Below, piece after piece: positions 52,831-64,000 of a stretch of 64,000 nucleotides of DNA. Source of the DNA: Octopus bimaculoides (lineage: Eukaryota); the NCBI RefSeq assembly GCF_001194135.2, contig NC_068994.1, positions 48,254,549 through 48,318,548 on the forward strand, given 5' to 3'. The position numbers were made by a program, and so were the translations under genes. The stretch's first letter is position 1, and every line of letters begins with the position of its first letter. Under the pieces are notes generated by a model. It was not told where the DNA came from and ran no database searches. It saw only the letters and a list, made by a program, of their open reading frames with translations.

Positions 52831-53688
52831 CTGGAAATGTTAAAAACAAACCCTATGTAATGTGACATACAGAGAAGGAAAATTACAGCCAAGAGCCCAC
52901 CATTAGACATGTGAAACAGGTATAGGTATGTGGAGCAAAAAAACAGGTAGAAGAAATTACGCCTCTGTTTATATATTATGGTCAATGAACTGTTCACAAT
53001 CAATTGACTGGCCTTTCAGATGACACAGCAGCATTGTTTGATTTATTTGCAGAATCAACAATGAATTCAAGCTTAGTGATCTTGAAACCTAGTCATTGGG
53101 ATGCACCTTTGACAATGGTTAAATACCAGAGATGCTTAAGTTACACACAAGCAGTGCAAGTATTTTTTTTTTTTTTTTGAGTACTTGATGTTGCTGAAAG
53201 AAACTAGAGTGTATGTACCTATTGAAAATTTCTGTTCAAAGTACTGCATCTTAGGGGACACCACTACAGCTAAAAATAATAATGGTTGTATGAACAACTT
53301 TTGTATGATCCCCACAATGTCAGGAACTTCAGACCTACTTTCAGCGGACTGCAAGCAAACAACAATATGTCTCTATGAACCAAATGCAGAAAGACAAACT
53401 TGTCCACAAGTACGTTAACACACAAGCTTCTGCAGTTTCTTTCTAATAATTTCACAAGGCATTGGTAAACTTGTGACTACAGTAGGACACCAGCCAATAG
53501 TGTCCTCACAATGGGATGGAATGCATAATCATGTTTTCAGGAATAAATTTCTTAACCAAACAGCTATGCCTTTGTCAAAATAACCCAATTCAAAATTTGA
53601 TATATACACGAAAATAAAGAAAACAAACAAATCAGTTGTGTGTCTGATAAAAGAAATACAAGAATAATAATCACCTCCCTCGAGGTAG

Positions 53689-53694
53689 TTTATT
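53689..53694 (-). terminator. RPS3A polyadenylation signal
   Basis: AATAAA 2 nt after the stop codon; very short 3'UTRs are typical of ribosomal protein genes. Confidence 0.7.
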
Positions 53695-53696
53695 AT

Positions 53697-54011
53697 TTAA
53701 ACCGAGTCTAGTACAGGTGGTTCATAACCCTCTGGTCTGGAAACCTTCTCCCCAGTTTCTGTGCCAGATGCACCAGTTGTGCTCTTGCCTTCACCATGCA
53801 GCTCCATCAATTTACCAAGATCAAATTTAGGTTTCTTCAAAACTTTCACTTTCCTGATGAAGACATCGTGGAGAGGGTAGATACCTTGACAAGCCTTTTC
53901 AATATCCTTGCCAATACTATCAGGGATGAGTTTGTTGACCACCTCTTTCATGTCATTAGCAGTGACCTCCCGGGTGATGATCTCAACCATCTTTTTCCTG
54001 ATTAGTTTTAC
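53697..54011 (-). CDS. RPS3A: 40S ribosomal protein S3a, exon 2
   Basis: Acceptor ttttatAG| [16 protein letters not shown]...[31 protein letters not shown]...YEPPVLDSV*. Total 264 aa. Confidence 0.98.
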   Translation of the reverse strand, partial: VKLIRKKMVEIITREVTANDMKEVVNKLIPDSIGKDIEKACQGIYPLHDVFIRKVKVLKKPKFDLGKLMELHGEGKSTTGASGTETGEKVSRPEGYEPPVLDSV

Positions 54012-56351
54012 CTATAAAATACAAAATGTAAATATATAACATACAAGCAAAACATGCATATAATAAAGATGACAGGATACAGGATCACAAGCTCCTTGCA
54101 TCTTACTGCCAATATACTAAGCAAACTCTCAAACAGCCTCTGTGAAATGGGGTGAATACAGTTCATTTGAATGCAGGAAACTAACAACAAACATTTTGCT
54201 TCCCATGGATTACTTTCTAAATCATTCATGTTTATTACTGGCCTGAAATGGATGATGCGATTGTTGTATTATCACTATTCAACTTAACTATGCAAACCTT
54301 TCCCAGTCAATAGGAATACTGAAGTGTTTAATTTTTTTGTGGTCCTGAAGCAAGTATTTGGTATAGTATACTATCCACACCAACTATTCAGTGGATACAA
54401 GAGTATAATCTAAGTACAATAGCCCTAGTTTTATTTTAATTAAGTCATATCACTTTGGTGTTGATGAGATTTCTTCATGAGACAACACAACACTGCCAGA
54501 AAACTTCCGTATTTGTAATTAGCAAACACAAAAGAAACTCGAGGCTCCAATCACAAGCTGATGCATGGTCAAGATGAATACAAATTTGTTTTGTTGTAGA
54601 ATATATTCAAAATTTGCCATGCTACCTGGCCCAGCTGTAAACCAGTAGTGGTGAAATATGCACAAACTTACATAATCTCTTCAATTCTTTCTCAGCTCTA
54701 GGATTGAAAGCATCTCAACATTGACCAACTCGTCTTTTTACAGGCTGCAAGTTACACAGCCTCTCCGCTTTTTGTGCAAGTACGAGTGAAATGAAAGGAT
54801 GGTTGACAACAGAGAATCAGTGCAACGCCAGCAATTATCTGCCACAGGGGAATTGTATCTCTTATAAATTGACGATTAAGTTGTTTCTTATTTTTAAAAA
54901 ACACATGTGAGGTAGAGTAATCGAATGTGAACGTAAACAACGACTTCCTGTACGAAACTGAAGGGACCACACGAAGCGACATCGAAAGCTACACATAAAA
55001 TTAAGTTGAAGATTTTCGAAATTCAGGCTGTAAGAAACTACCTAAACGTTTCAAATTATTGGATATTTTTGGCGAGAATATTTTCGAGGTCATCTACAAC
55101 ACCCCTCCCCCATGAAATCAACAATCTGAATGTATTCGGTCGGAAAACAATTAGACTACCTATCAAAAAGTCATCCGTAAATTATATTCTGATATTGTAA
55201 AAAAAAGCCTAACTTCACATGTTATTTTCAATCTAGTTACATCAATAGAAGTCACTGAAAGTGCCATCGATTCTTAGACATAAATGAAACATTTTTATTT
55301 AGCCCCCAAATCTAAATTAAACTGTAACATTTATTAAATACTCAACCGACTTATTAACTACAGCAAAACGCAAGCAATTCGGTGAAAATGGGATTAGAAT
55401 TCTCTATATCCATTCTTAATTTTTATTTGATCGATTGTAGACGATATAGAAAGGAAAAATAAATTTCAACTTTAGAATAACATGGATTAGCAAAAATTAG
55501 GCCTCACGCCGTCCACATTCCCTTAGTATTTTTTTTTACTCGTATGAAAGTGCTGTTACACTATCATCTGCTTTACAGTGTCCTGCATACATGAATTTAA
55601 AATTTATTTTCGATAATCACTAATATTAAAGAGTAATAATAAAAATGCAGATATACACATGTTTCGTCCACAGTCGAAGTTATTTTTAGGATAATCGTAA
55701 AAATACTTCAATATGCGTTGAAAGATTACTTTTTATTTTAACAATTTGCATTGCATTAGCAGCATTGTTACTTAAACATTAACCAAACTAATTCTACCGC
55801 ATTGAAACGGTAATAAAATTAGTAAATACATCAATACCAGAAGCCGGCCGGTTGTCCTGTAATTTTAACATGCTATGTAAAATTTCGTGGGTAATCTAAT
55901 CATTACTATCTAAATAAGAAAATCAGATCTCCAGTAATTATTTCCAAAAACACTGGTTATTTAGCAATGGAAATTCCATTTCCTAGGTCCTTCTTTCACC
56001 TATGAACGAATTTTGAAAATCTCCTACCACACTGATAATGTAAATTGTGACAAAAAGAGCATGTCAATCGTAATTAGTATAAAGTTTTGTCCGATAATTC
56101 TAAGGTTTTTAAAAGAAAATCATTTACAGGCGGAGGTATTGCACCGAACAATTAATATTCCCAATGATTTTGTAAAAAAAAAAAAATGCTTTTCATACAT
56201 AACTCTTTTCAAATCGTTGCCTCGTCGAAGATTTACCCCTCAGATAAGCAACAACGATATTAGATCGCATAAATTACAATAATTATAACAAAAACATGGA
56301 TTTAAGTGCAACAATTTTCATAACAATCACAGAAAAAAAACAACAACTTAC

Positions 56352-56831
56352 TTGAGCATGTTGAGCATAACATGTCTTCTTGTTTTGGTTGGGCTTCTTT
56401 TTGGTGAAACCGATACAGAACATTCTCAACAGATATCCATCAGTGGTTCGTACATCGACATGTGCCTGAATCAGAGTCTGCCATTTCTTCACCATGGAAC
56501 ACAATTTATCTCTGGTCAGGTCCATGCCGTGGAAATTGGTAAGAACGTTTTTGCCTTGAACTTCTTCGGCGATCAGCTTCATCTTGCGGAAGGCAATTTC
56601 GTCGTTTTGAAGGTCTGCTAGAGATACTTCAAACACGCGGCCTTTCAGGCCTTCGGAGGCAATTTTAGTACCTTGTGTTCTAGTTACTAAGGTTTTGCCG
56701 ACTTGCCTAATATTAAACATACTAGGGGCTTTGACATCATACCAATCTTTTTTCGTGAAAGGGTCTACTGCTTTCTTTTTTTGACCCTTTTTGCCACCTT
56801 TTGTAAGCCTCTTATTTTTACCAACCGCCAT
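56352..56831 (-). CDS. RPS3A: 40S ribosomal protein S3a (eS1), exon 1
   Basis: [16 protein letters not shown]...[14 protein letters not shown]...CYAQHAQ (160 codons). Donor CAA|GTAAGT. Confidence 0.98.
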
Positions 56832-56848
56832 GGCTAATATTCAGAAGT

Positions 56849-56960
56849 GAGAAAGGAAGAGCGATTAGAGGCCACGTGGTACGTGAACTCACATTCGTGT
56901 TCGTTAATTCTAAGCGTGAATGTAGGGGAGTAGTCGTTATTTGCTAACTAGTTCCGGAAT
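56849..56960 (-). promoter_or_regulatory. RPS3A promoter: 5'TOP/TCT pyrimidine tract, E-box, ETS-like site
   Basis: CTCTTCCTTTCTC on - at 56861-56849, about 18 nt before the ATG. CACGTG at 56873-56878. TTCCGGAA at 56952-56959. Confidence 0.7.
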
Positions 56961-57804
56961 ACAGTGAAAAGAGAGAGAGTGAGAGGAGAATTGACAAACG
57001 CTTATTCTGACGGAATAAATTTCTTAATTACCTCCCTTTAACAATTAATTTTCTCCTATTGTAAAATATATCCTACGCATGTACGGAACGGCGTTTTTTT
57101 TTTTTTACTAAACAAGAATGTATATTGCAATATAGATTCTTCCTCTAAAAATATAAAAATCTTATTTTTTAATTTACTAATCTTAAAAATGAATATATTC
57201 AGGTTTGGTTGAACAAACGAGAGAATTTAATATATGAGTATATACTTTATTTTTTAGTCGGTAAAAAGTCACACAAATGACTCAAGGTCCGAGAGGCTTC
57301 GTGTATGGCAATAATCAAACTTAGGGAATCTTTCGTAAACGTACACGAAAAATGAAACTATTTCTTCGACAATTTCCGTGAAAAAATTTCTTCAATTTTT
57401 TTAAAGCTGAATCGTTTATATTTATGCATGTTTTGTGGCTGTATGTAAATACACAAATATACATGCGAATACACATAAGTACGCAAATATACATATAAAC
57501 ATATATTTACATACAAAAATATACATACGTACACACTCTTCAAAACATAAAGAAATTTAAAAATTTTTTATGGAAATTAAACAATCATATGATCCCATAC
57601 ATGTCAAGTTGACAACTTTGCTTCTTCAAACGAAAAAATGCCATAAAATAACTTCCTTTGGCACACACACACACACACTAGCTAACACTTCTGTGCCAAT
57701 TATGTTATTTCTTGCAGTATGCACGCACAAATTTAAAGCTCAAATCCAATTGAACTAGAGAAGTTTCAGGTATGGAAGCAAGGTCTAGAATTGAAGAGCC
57801 TTTG

Positions 57805-58880
57805 AATTACCTAGCAAAAACCAAAGTCTTAGTAAGTAGGAAGGCAGACAAATCACAAATCCCTTCAGGTAGATGACTCTGCTCAATCTGTAGAAAAGGC
57901 ATAGGTAGAAACTCCATAAGATGTACCTGGTGTAAGCTAGGACACATAAGAAGTGTAGCAGTATCAGAGGAAGGTTAGCAGGAAAAATAGCTTTTGTGTG
58001 TGGAAGATGCACAGGTGCAATAAACACCAAAAATGTACAGAAAATAGACATCAATTACCAGCAGGGTAAGCTAGAGGTAATAGATAGCTTCCATTATCAA
58101 AGTGACCAAGTTAGTAGCAGAGGTGAATGCTCCAAGAGCAAAGCTGTGAGAATAAGATTAGTCCGGGCAAAGTTCAGAGAGCTCCTACCTCTGCTGGCAA
58201 CAATGGGCTTCTCTCTCAAAGTGAAAGGCAGATTGTATGATGCCTGTGTGCGAACAGCTATACTACACGGTAGTGAAACATGAGCTGTGACAGCCAAGGA
58301 CATGAGTAGGCTTGAAAAAAATAAAGCCAGTATGCTTTGCTGGATGTGTAATGTCAGTGTACATGCTTGACAGATTGTAAGCATCTTGAGAGAAAAGTTG
58401 GGCATAAGAGGCATCAGATGTGGTGTGCAAGAGAGATGACTGCACAGGTGTCGCCATGTAGTGCATATGGATGGGGACAGCTATGTAAAGAAGTACCAAT
58501 CTCTAACTGTGGAGGGAACCTGTGGTAGAGGTAGATGCAAGAAGACACGGGACAAGGTGGTGAAACATGATCTTTGAACTTTGGGCCACACAGAAGAAAT
58601 GACCAATGCCTGAGACCTTTGGCATTATGCTGTGCTTGAGCAGACCTGTCAAGCCAAGTAAAATCATAGTCGTGGCTAATGCTGGTGTCATGTAACTGGC
58701 ACCTATGCTGGTGGTAGGTAAAGAGCACCTTTTGCTTGTTGGGCCTCACTGAAGCACAGCGGCTGATGCTGGTGGCATGTGAAAAGTTCCTTTTGAGTGT
58801 TGGGCCTCACAGAGGTAATGACCAAGATCTTTGACATTATGTTATGCTTGAGAAGAAGATCCAACAAGCCAAGTAAAATT
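57805..58880 (+). mobile_element. 5'-truncated RTE LINE with a PHD-like Cys/His finger remnant
   Basis: KTKVLVSRKADKSQIPSGR*LCSICRKGIGRNSIRCTWCKL..H..C...FVCGRC...LYDACVRTAILHGSET. Paralogous to the 51.4-kb copy. Confidence 0.85.
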
Positions 58881-59781
58881 GGCTTCATTTTCTCTATAGA
58901 TTCTATTGTTCTTTTTCAAAATATCACAAGTTCATCATGATAATTAATGAATGGGTCATCTTCTGTTTCTACTTTACCTGGTTATGAGTTTAAAATTTAC
59001 CTGATGATGGTGGATTTTTGCAATGATGTAACCTAAGAATGTATCAATAAAATTCTGCTGAAGCAGCTGCTGCAAATTTTAAATCCCACTTGTGTTCTTT
59101 TACTTACATGCATGCATGCATACACACATACACATTCAAATATGAAATAGAAGCAACACTAGTGTAATAAACATTAGCAACTACATAAACCCATCTTATT
59201 TGCTCTGTGTATGTATGCATTAGAGGACGTGTTTGCTTCACCTTGTCTTGGAATACGGTGCTCCAGCATGGCTGCAGTCAAATGACTGAAACAAGTAAAA
59301 GAGTATTGGTTATACAAACTAATGAAGCTGCAAACATTTTGATGCAACTGTAGCTAACTTTTTGCCAATGTTGGAAAGAACATTATATGAGAGGATTTCA
59401 CCATATACTATTTCATTTTCTAATTTTACATGTTTGAGTATTTCATGTAGGTTTAATGAAACAAACAAGGGAAATAGGATTCAATACAGGAGTATATGTG
59501 CTTTTCTTTTTAATTGGCAAAAAGTTAGTTACACAAGTTATTCATAGGCTGAGTTTCATGAAATTTTCAGCTCTTAAGTTACTTTTCTAACTTCCTGGGG
59601 ATTAAAAAAGTACCCAACACACACGCGCGCGCACACGCACAGAACACAAGTGTTCAAAATTCACAACAGCTGTTTCAGCGGCATTTTATTGATGCATTCT
59701 CAGATAACATAATGGCAAAACTCCACCATCTGTAGGTAAATTTCAAACATATAAACAGGTAAGGCAGAAATAGAGGTAACT

Positions 59782-59832
59782 AGTTCACCAACAATCGTGG
59801 CAGACATTTCCCATTATGATTGTTGGTGAACT
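59782..59832. repeat. Perfect 15-bp inverted repeat (hairpin)
   Basis: agttcaccaacaatc (59782-59796) and gattgttggtgaact (59818-59832) around a 21-nt partly pairable spacer. Confidence 0.85.
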
Positions 59833-61529
59833 CGTGTCAATGCAGAATGTGCCACATGTCTTTGACTGAACTAGAGAATACTGCTGTCTTAGCTGGAGGT
59901 GACAGATCGGCATTTCCTTCCAAGTTGATCCAGTTGTTTAAATATAATATCAAAAAAAGGAAATAAAAAGAAGTTACACCCTCCGTCCCATATAACTTCT
60001 GTCAGAATGTTAGCTTAACTGAGTACAACTTTTATTGTATTTGGTGAGTCATAATGACATATATATATTTGTGCGGTTACAAAGTTAGCTACACAACTAC
60101 ATGGTTTCAGGTTTAATCCCATTACATAACACGACCACAGTAAAATTTAATAGGCAGAGAACATTGAGTGTAACATATTTGGAGCGGTAGACTAATGGGC
60201 CATTCGGTTTAATATGACTATCTAACACCTCAATGTATAAAGTATGTTGCCGATAGATATAAGACACTCCCACCTCTCAGCAGGGTCCACTCAGCTGCAA
60301 GAATTCGGTCAACTCTTCGGTATGAGGACAACTCACACTTACTAGTTTCGGAAGCTCTGAACATGGGCGCTGCACTTCCTCCTCTTGACTAAATAGTATA
60401 AACAAATATATAAATAAAAAAAAGCTCCTTTGAAAAAGTTACGGGATGAATAAAAAAGAAAGTAAAGAAAAAGGCCCTCCATTAAATCTCATATCTGTCA
60501 ATAAATGTTATGTATAAAGTTTACAGAAACGAATAATCATGCCAGCAGTCTCACTTTTCTGAAATTTATTAACATACTTTTGCTGACGCACATCTCTAAG
60601 TTTAGCCGGGTTGGAGATTTTCTTTTCTGTTATGTAATTGTAATTGAGAGAAATTGGTTTAGAATTTAATATCACTTTTTACTTTAAACTAAATTAAATG
60701 TCATATTCAATAAATATACTTCATCTGCTTCCAACTGATTTTCTCTCAGAAAAGAGAGAAAAAAGAAATAAAAACAAATAATTTTCGGTTCATACGAATT
60801 ACAGTTTTACAGAATTGAGAAAAAGAAACATGCCATCATTCTCAGAATCTTTCCTCAGTCAAGTTAACGCTTGTTTTACCCAAAATGCAACAGGCATCCG
60901 GCTGATTATAATATTTGTCCGAAAAAAAAATTGATAAATATTAATTATTCACGAATATAATTATCATATTTTATTAATATTAATACTTTCAGTCGTAAAG
61001 GAGTATGGATTTAATTTAATTTATGCGAATAAATATACTCTAATGTCTGTCCTATTTTTATTTACTTCCTACCCACTTATCGATTCTACGAAAAAAAAAA
61101 AAAAACTTAAAGCAATCATTTTTATTTGAGATATATTTAATCTACATTTATCACCATTAATAAAAAAAGAAACACTTTCAGAACTTCCGTTCCAGCTTCC
61201 ATTTGTATATATATNNNNNNNNNNNNNNNNNNNNNNNNNNNNNNNNNNNNNNNNNNNNNNNNNNNNNNNNNNNNNNNNNNNNNNNNNNNNNNNNNNNNNN
61301 NNNNNNNNTATATATATACATAATACATTTCAGTGACTAATCATTAAAAATAATGTCTCCTGTTTCATTCCTTTTTATAACCTAATTAGACTATGTTGAT
61401 ATTTATCGTCAAATCAGAGTGTATGGAAATATAATCCTTTGAACAAACCCAGATTACTTATTACCTAAATTAACGTTGTCATTTGTTAGAATAGAAATTA
61501 TGAGTGAAATAAGAGATAGAGAGAAGGGA

Positions 61530-61680
61530 CGAAGAGGAGGTTAAACTCCGCAGTTGATCCTGTCTCCTCCCGTTTCTGCGCGTCTACTTTTCTACTACCG
61601 TGCATGCGCTGTCCGTTCATCTCGGAGCTCCATTATTGTTCTGCTGCTGTTGTAGCGAGCGAAGAGGACAGCTAGCTTGT
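61530..61680 (+). promoter_or_regulatory. CpG-rich promoter-like region
   Basis: CpG/GC enrichment (ctgcgcgtc, tgcatgcgct resembling an NRF1 site, gcgagcg) in AT-rich DNA, followed by a pyrimidine-rich leader. Confidence 0.5.
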
Positions 61681-61831
61681 TCTCTTTCTTTATTCTTTCA
61701 GACAAATATTTTCATTGCTTCTGGTACTGATTTTGTCAGTCAGCAAATCTTCCACTGAGTCTCATGCAGAAACTTGCCGTAGCAGGAAATATGCTGTCGT
61801 GCCTTTCTCGGCACTGCCTCATACTTCGACC

Positions 61832-62656
61832 ATGGATGTTGACGAAGGACCCAGCAACATATACATAACAGCCCTGTTGGCAGAGAGACCCACCAACTCT
61901 TTTTGTAATTATAATAATAATTACTATTATAATCTTTGTTGTCAACGCCAACGCCCCTTGCCTCAACAACTTCATTACTGTTACTATTACAGCTACTGTT
62001 ATTATTACTATTACCACTCTCGTCATCTTCGCCAACTCATCGGAGTCTCTTCTTACTCTACTGCGACCAACAATACCAATATCATTGCCGCCGCCCTCGC
62101 TGCTGCTACCTCTATAACCACCATTTACATAGCCTTATTTGCTGTTGTTGACAGTTTTCTATTTCTTCTGTTTTTATCAGCGCATCAAAACACCAATAGC
62201 ACCAACATAGACAGCAACAACACAAATACTGACATTAAAACCACCTCCTCTATTACAAATAACATAACCAACATAAACTCCAGTAGAAACACCATTAACA
62301 GTAACACGAACATTACCACAGTTGTCTCCACGACTAACAACAACAACAACAGAAAGTATTTAACTAATACTGAAAGCACTTTTCTCTCTTTACCCGTCTC
62401 CTCTTACTTCTACCCCGTCAGTAACAAGTACACGACCACCGACATAGACCAGGGTGACATCGACAACATTGTCGGCATCAACCTCAGCAGCAAAAGGAAA
62501 CGACGTTCGAACAGAAGTGACGGCGCACAACAGTCAACACAATGGCTCGGAAGTGATTGCGAATGGGACTGTCTCGATGAGAAAAGCTTGTTTGCAACGA
62601 TCAATTTCCTATCATTCAACCCGCTCACATCATCATTTGTAGATTTAATTAAATAG
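61832..62656 (+). CDS. Unidentified 274-aa low-complexity ORF (hydrophobic segment, N/T-rich region, RKRR site)
   Basis: Strong Kozak context accATGG, about 200 nt after a CpG-rich region. Open for 275 codons. Much of it is triplet-repeat-like and other frames are also partly open, so coding status is uncertain. Confidence 0.35.
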   Translation: MDVDEGPSNIYITALLAERPTNSFCNYNNNYYYNLCCQRQRPLPQQLHYCYYYSYCYYYYYHSRHLRQLIGVSSYSTATNNTNIIAAALAAATSITTIYIALFAVVDSFLFLLFLSAHQNTNSTNIDSNNTNTDIKTTSSITNNITNINSSRNTINSNTNITTVVSTTNNNNNRKYLTNTESTFLSLPVSSYFYPVSNKYTTTDIDQGDIDNIVGINLSSKRKRRSNRSDGAQQSTQWLGSDCEWDCLDEKSLFATINFLSFNPLTSSFVDLIK

Positions 62657-64000
62657 AACTGATAGCCATAGAGAGAGAGAGAGTAACAACGATATTACAA
62701 CTAATAATAATGATAGTAGCATAGCTGTATTAAGTAAATTATTCGCAACTATACATACAAAACAAACATACACATTATACATTTAATATGTAAACAATAT
62801 TGTATATTTATTTTGTATACGTAACTCTTATAGCAACATGTATTTAGACATAAGTTAACAGTGAAATTTCAGATGGGAGGGAATAAGGTTCGATCTTAAA
62901 ACTCAGTATTTAAGCTTTTTTTCTCCCCCTTTTTTGTTTTTTTTTTATATGCACTCATGGTTTCTCAGAGTCCCGAATTAGATTTATGTAATAATTATTT
63001 TTATTACAACACATCTATTTCTTAGCTAAGCCAAACACTAGTCTGCTTGTTGACTGAAAACAAATTTTTTTCAATATGCTTGCAAGTTGAAAGTGAATTT
63101 TTTTTTTCTTTTTGTTTTTGGTGTTACTATCTGCTGTAAAATCATTTTTCAGCATGAAGTGGCTAGCAACGGGTATGAACGGGGTAGTTTCTGCCACCAT
63201 TTGTGATAAACCTTGTTGTTCTTTGCCTCTGTCGATTCAGCTGCCTCCTCTACCACACTCTGTCGCCTCTATTACCACCACCACCACCACTGTTCCTCCG
63301 TTAATAGCTTTCGCCGCTGCCACCATTGCGTCCATCAGTCTCAGTAATACAAGCCACATCAGCATGCCACCAGCGATAACAACCGCTGCTGTTGCCCCTT
63401 GTTTGCAGACCCTGTTGTTTTGATTAAGCATTTCAACAACAAACCCTCCATAATATATACTGGGCACTTGCCATTCCCTACCTTCCTTATTTTCTTTCTA
63501 AACCTCTATTTTCTCCTTTCTTTTATGGGGGTGTGTGTTATCATGTGAAATGAGTTATATAAATATGTATAAATAAATGAATATAATTTATCTATATATA
63601 TTTTAGTATATATTGAACAGTTTTCTTCAGAATGACATCATAAAAGGAATTGGGATTTGTGTTCGAAAAAAAAAAAAAAAAATCTGTAGGAAAAATGACG
63701 AAGTCGCATTTTGAAGCAGACCTTTCAGTGGGTCTGTCTATTTTGCGAAGAACTCATTATATTGTCCATGGGCTTGTTGATGATTTCGGTGTCCCATCTC
63801 CACCACCATCACATTCGTCAGTCCTAATAGCATCACTAATTACTTCTCTTTTCTTTCCTTTAGAATCTTGTTGAGTAAATATATATATATATATATAATT
63901 TTTTTTCATGATAGAGTGTACAATAGACGTGTACATGTATAATAGAAATGTGTGAGCATGAAATAGTTGTGTGAATAGGTTGGAAGTTCATAAATGATTT

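Noticed and set aside
54300-54325. GUAUUCCUA on the minus strand of the RPS3A intron, resembling the U17/snR30 m1 motif
   Set aside because: No AAACCAU m2 motif or H/ACA architecture nearby.
63112-63874. ORFs of 103 and 74 aa (+) and 76 aa (-) after acceptor-like sites
   Set aside because: Low-complexity Thr/Ala/Val repeats, no recognisable domain, and no consistent splice path to the 61.8-kb ORF.
1-64000. CRISPR arrays, prokaryotic operons, rRNA or bona fide tRNA genes
   Set aside because: The window is spliced eukaryotic DNA. The tRNA-like A/B boxes belong to SINE heads, and no regular repeat-spacer array was seen.

Overview
AT-rich, intron-rich animal genomic DNA with several N-gaps. The SINE families and the dense (TA)n/(TG)n/(AAT)n microsatellites suggest an octopus (inference). 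Four loci are visible. (1) A 5'-partial Rab GTPase gene on + (six coding exons, 363-5859, C-terminal CxC), most like the invertebrate RabX1 branch of the Rab5/21/22 group. (2) A p24-gamma (TMED7/TMED3-like) gene on - spanning 45621-13554. (3) RPS3A on - (two coding exons, 5'TOP tract, polyA signal). (4) An unidentified low-complexity ORF behind a CpG-rich promoter-like region at about 61.6 kb. The rest is SINEs, RTE- and CR1-like LINE fragments, an internally deleted mariner, TTAA- and hAT-type MITEs, and microsatellites. The main finding is in the p24 gene. One signal-peptide exon and one GOLD-domain exon are followed by two diverged, intact, in-frame copies of the last exon (24678-24454 and 13787-13554; 38/74 aa identical). 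Each has its own acceptor, stop codon and downstream polyA signal. This implies two p24-gamma isoforms with the same luminal domain but different coiled-coil, transmembrane and tail modules.
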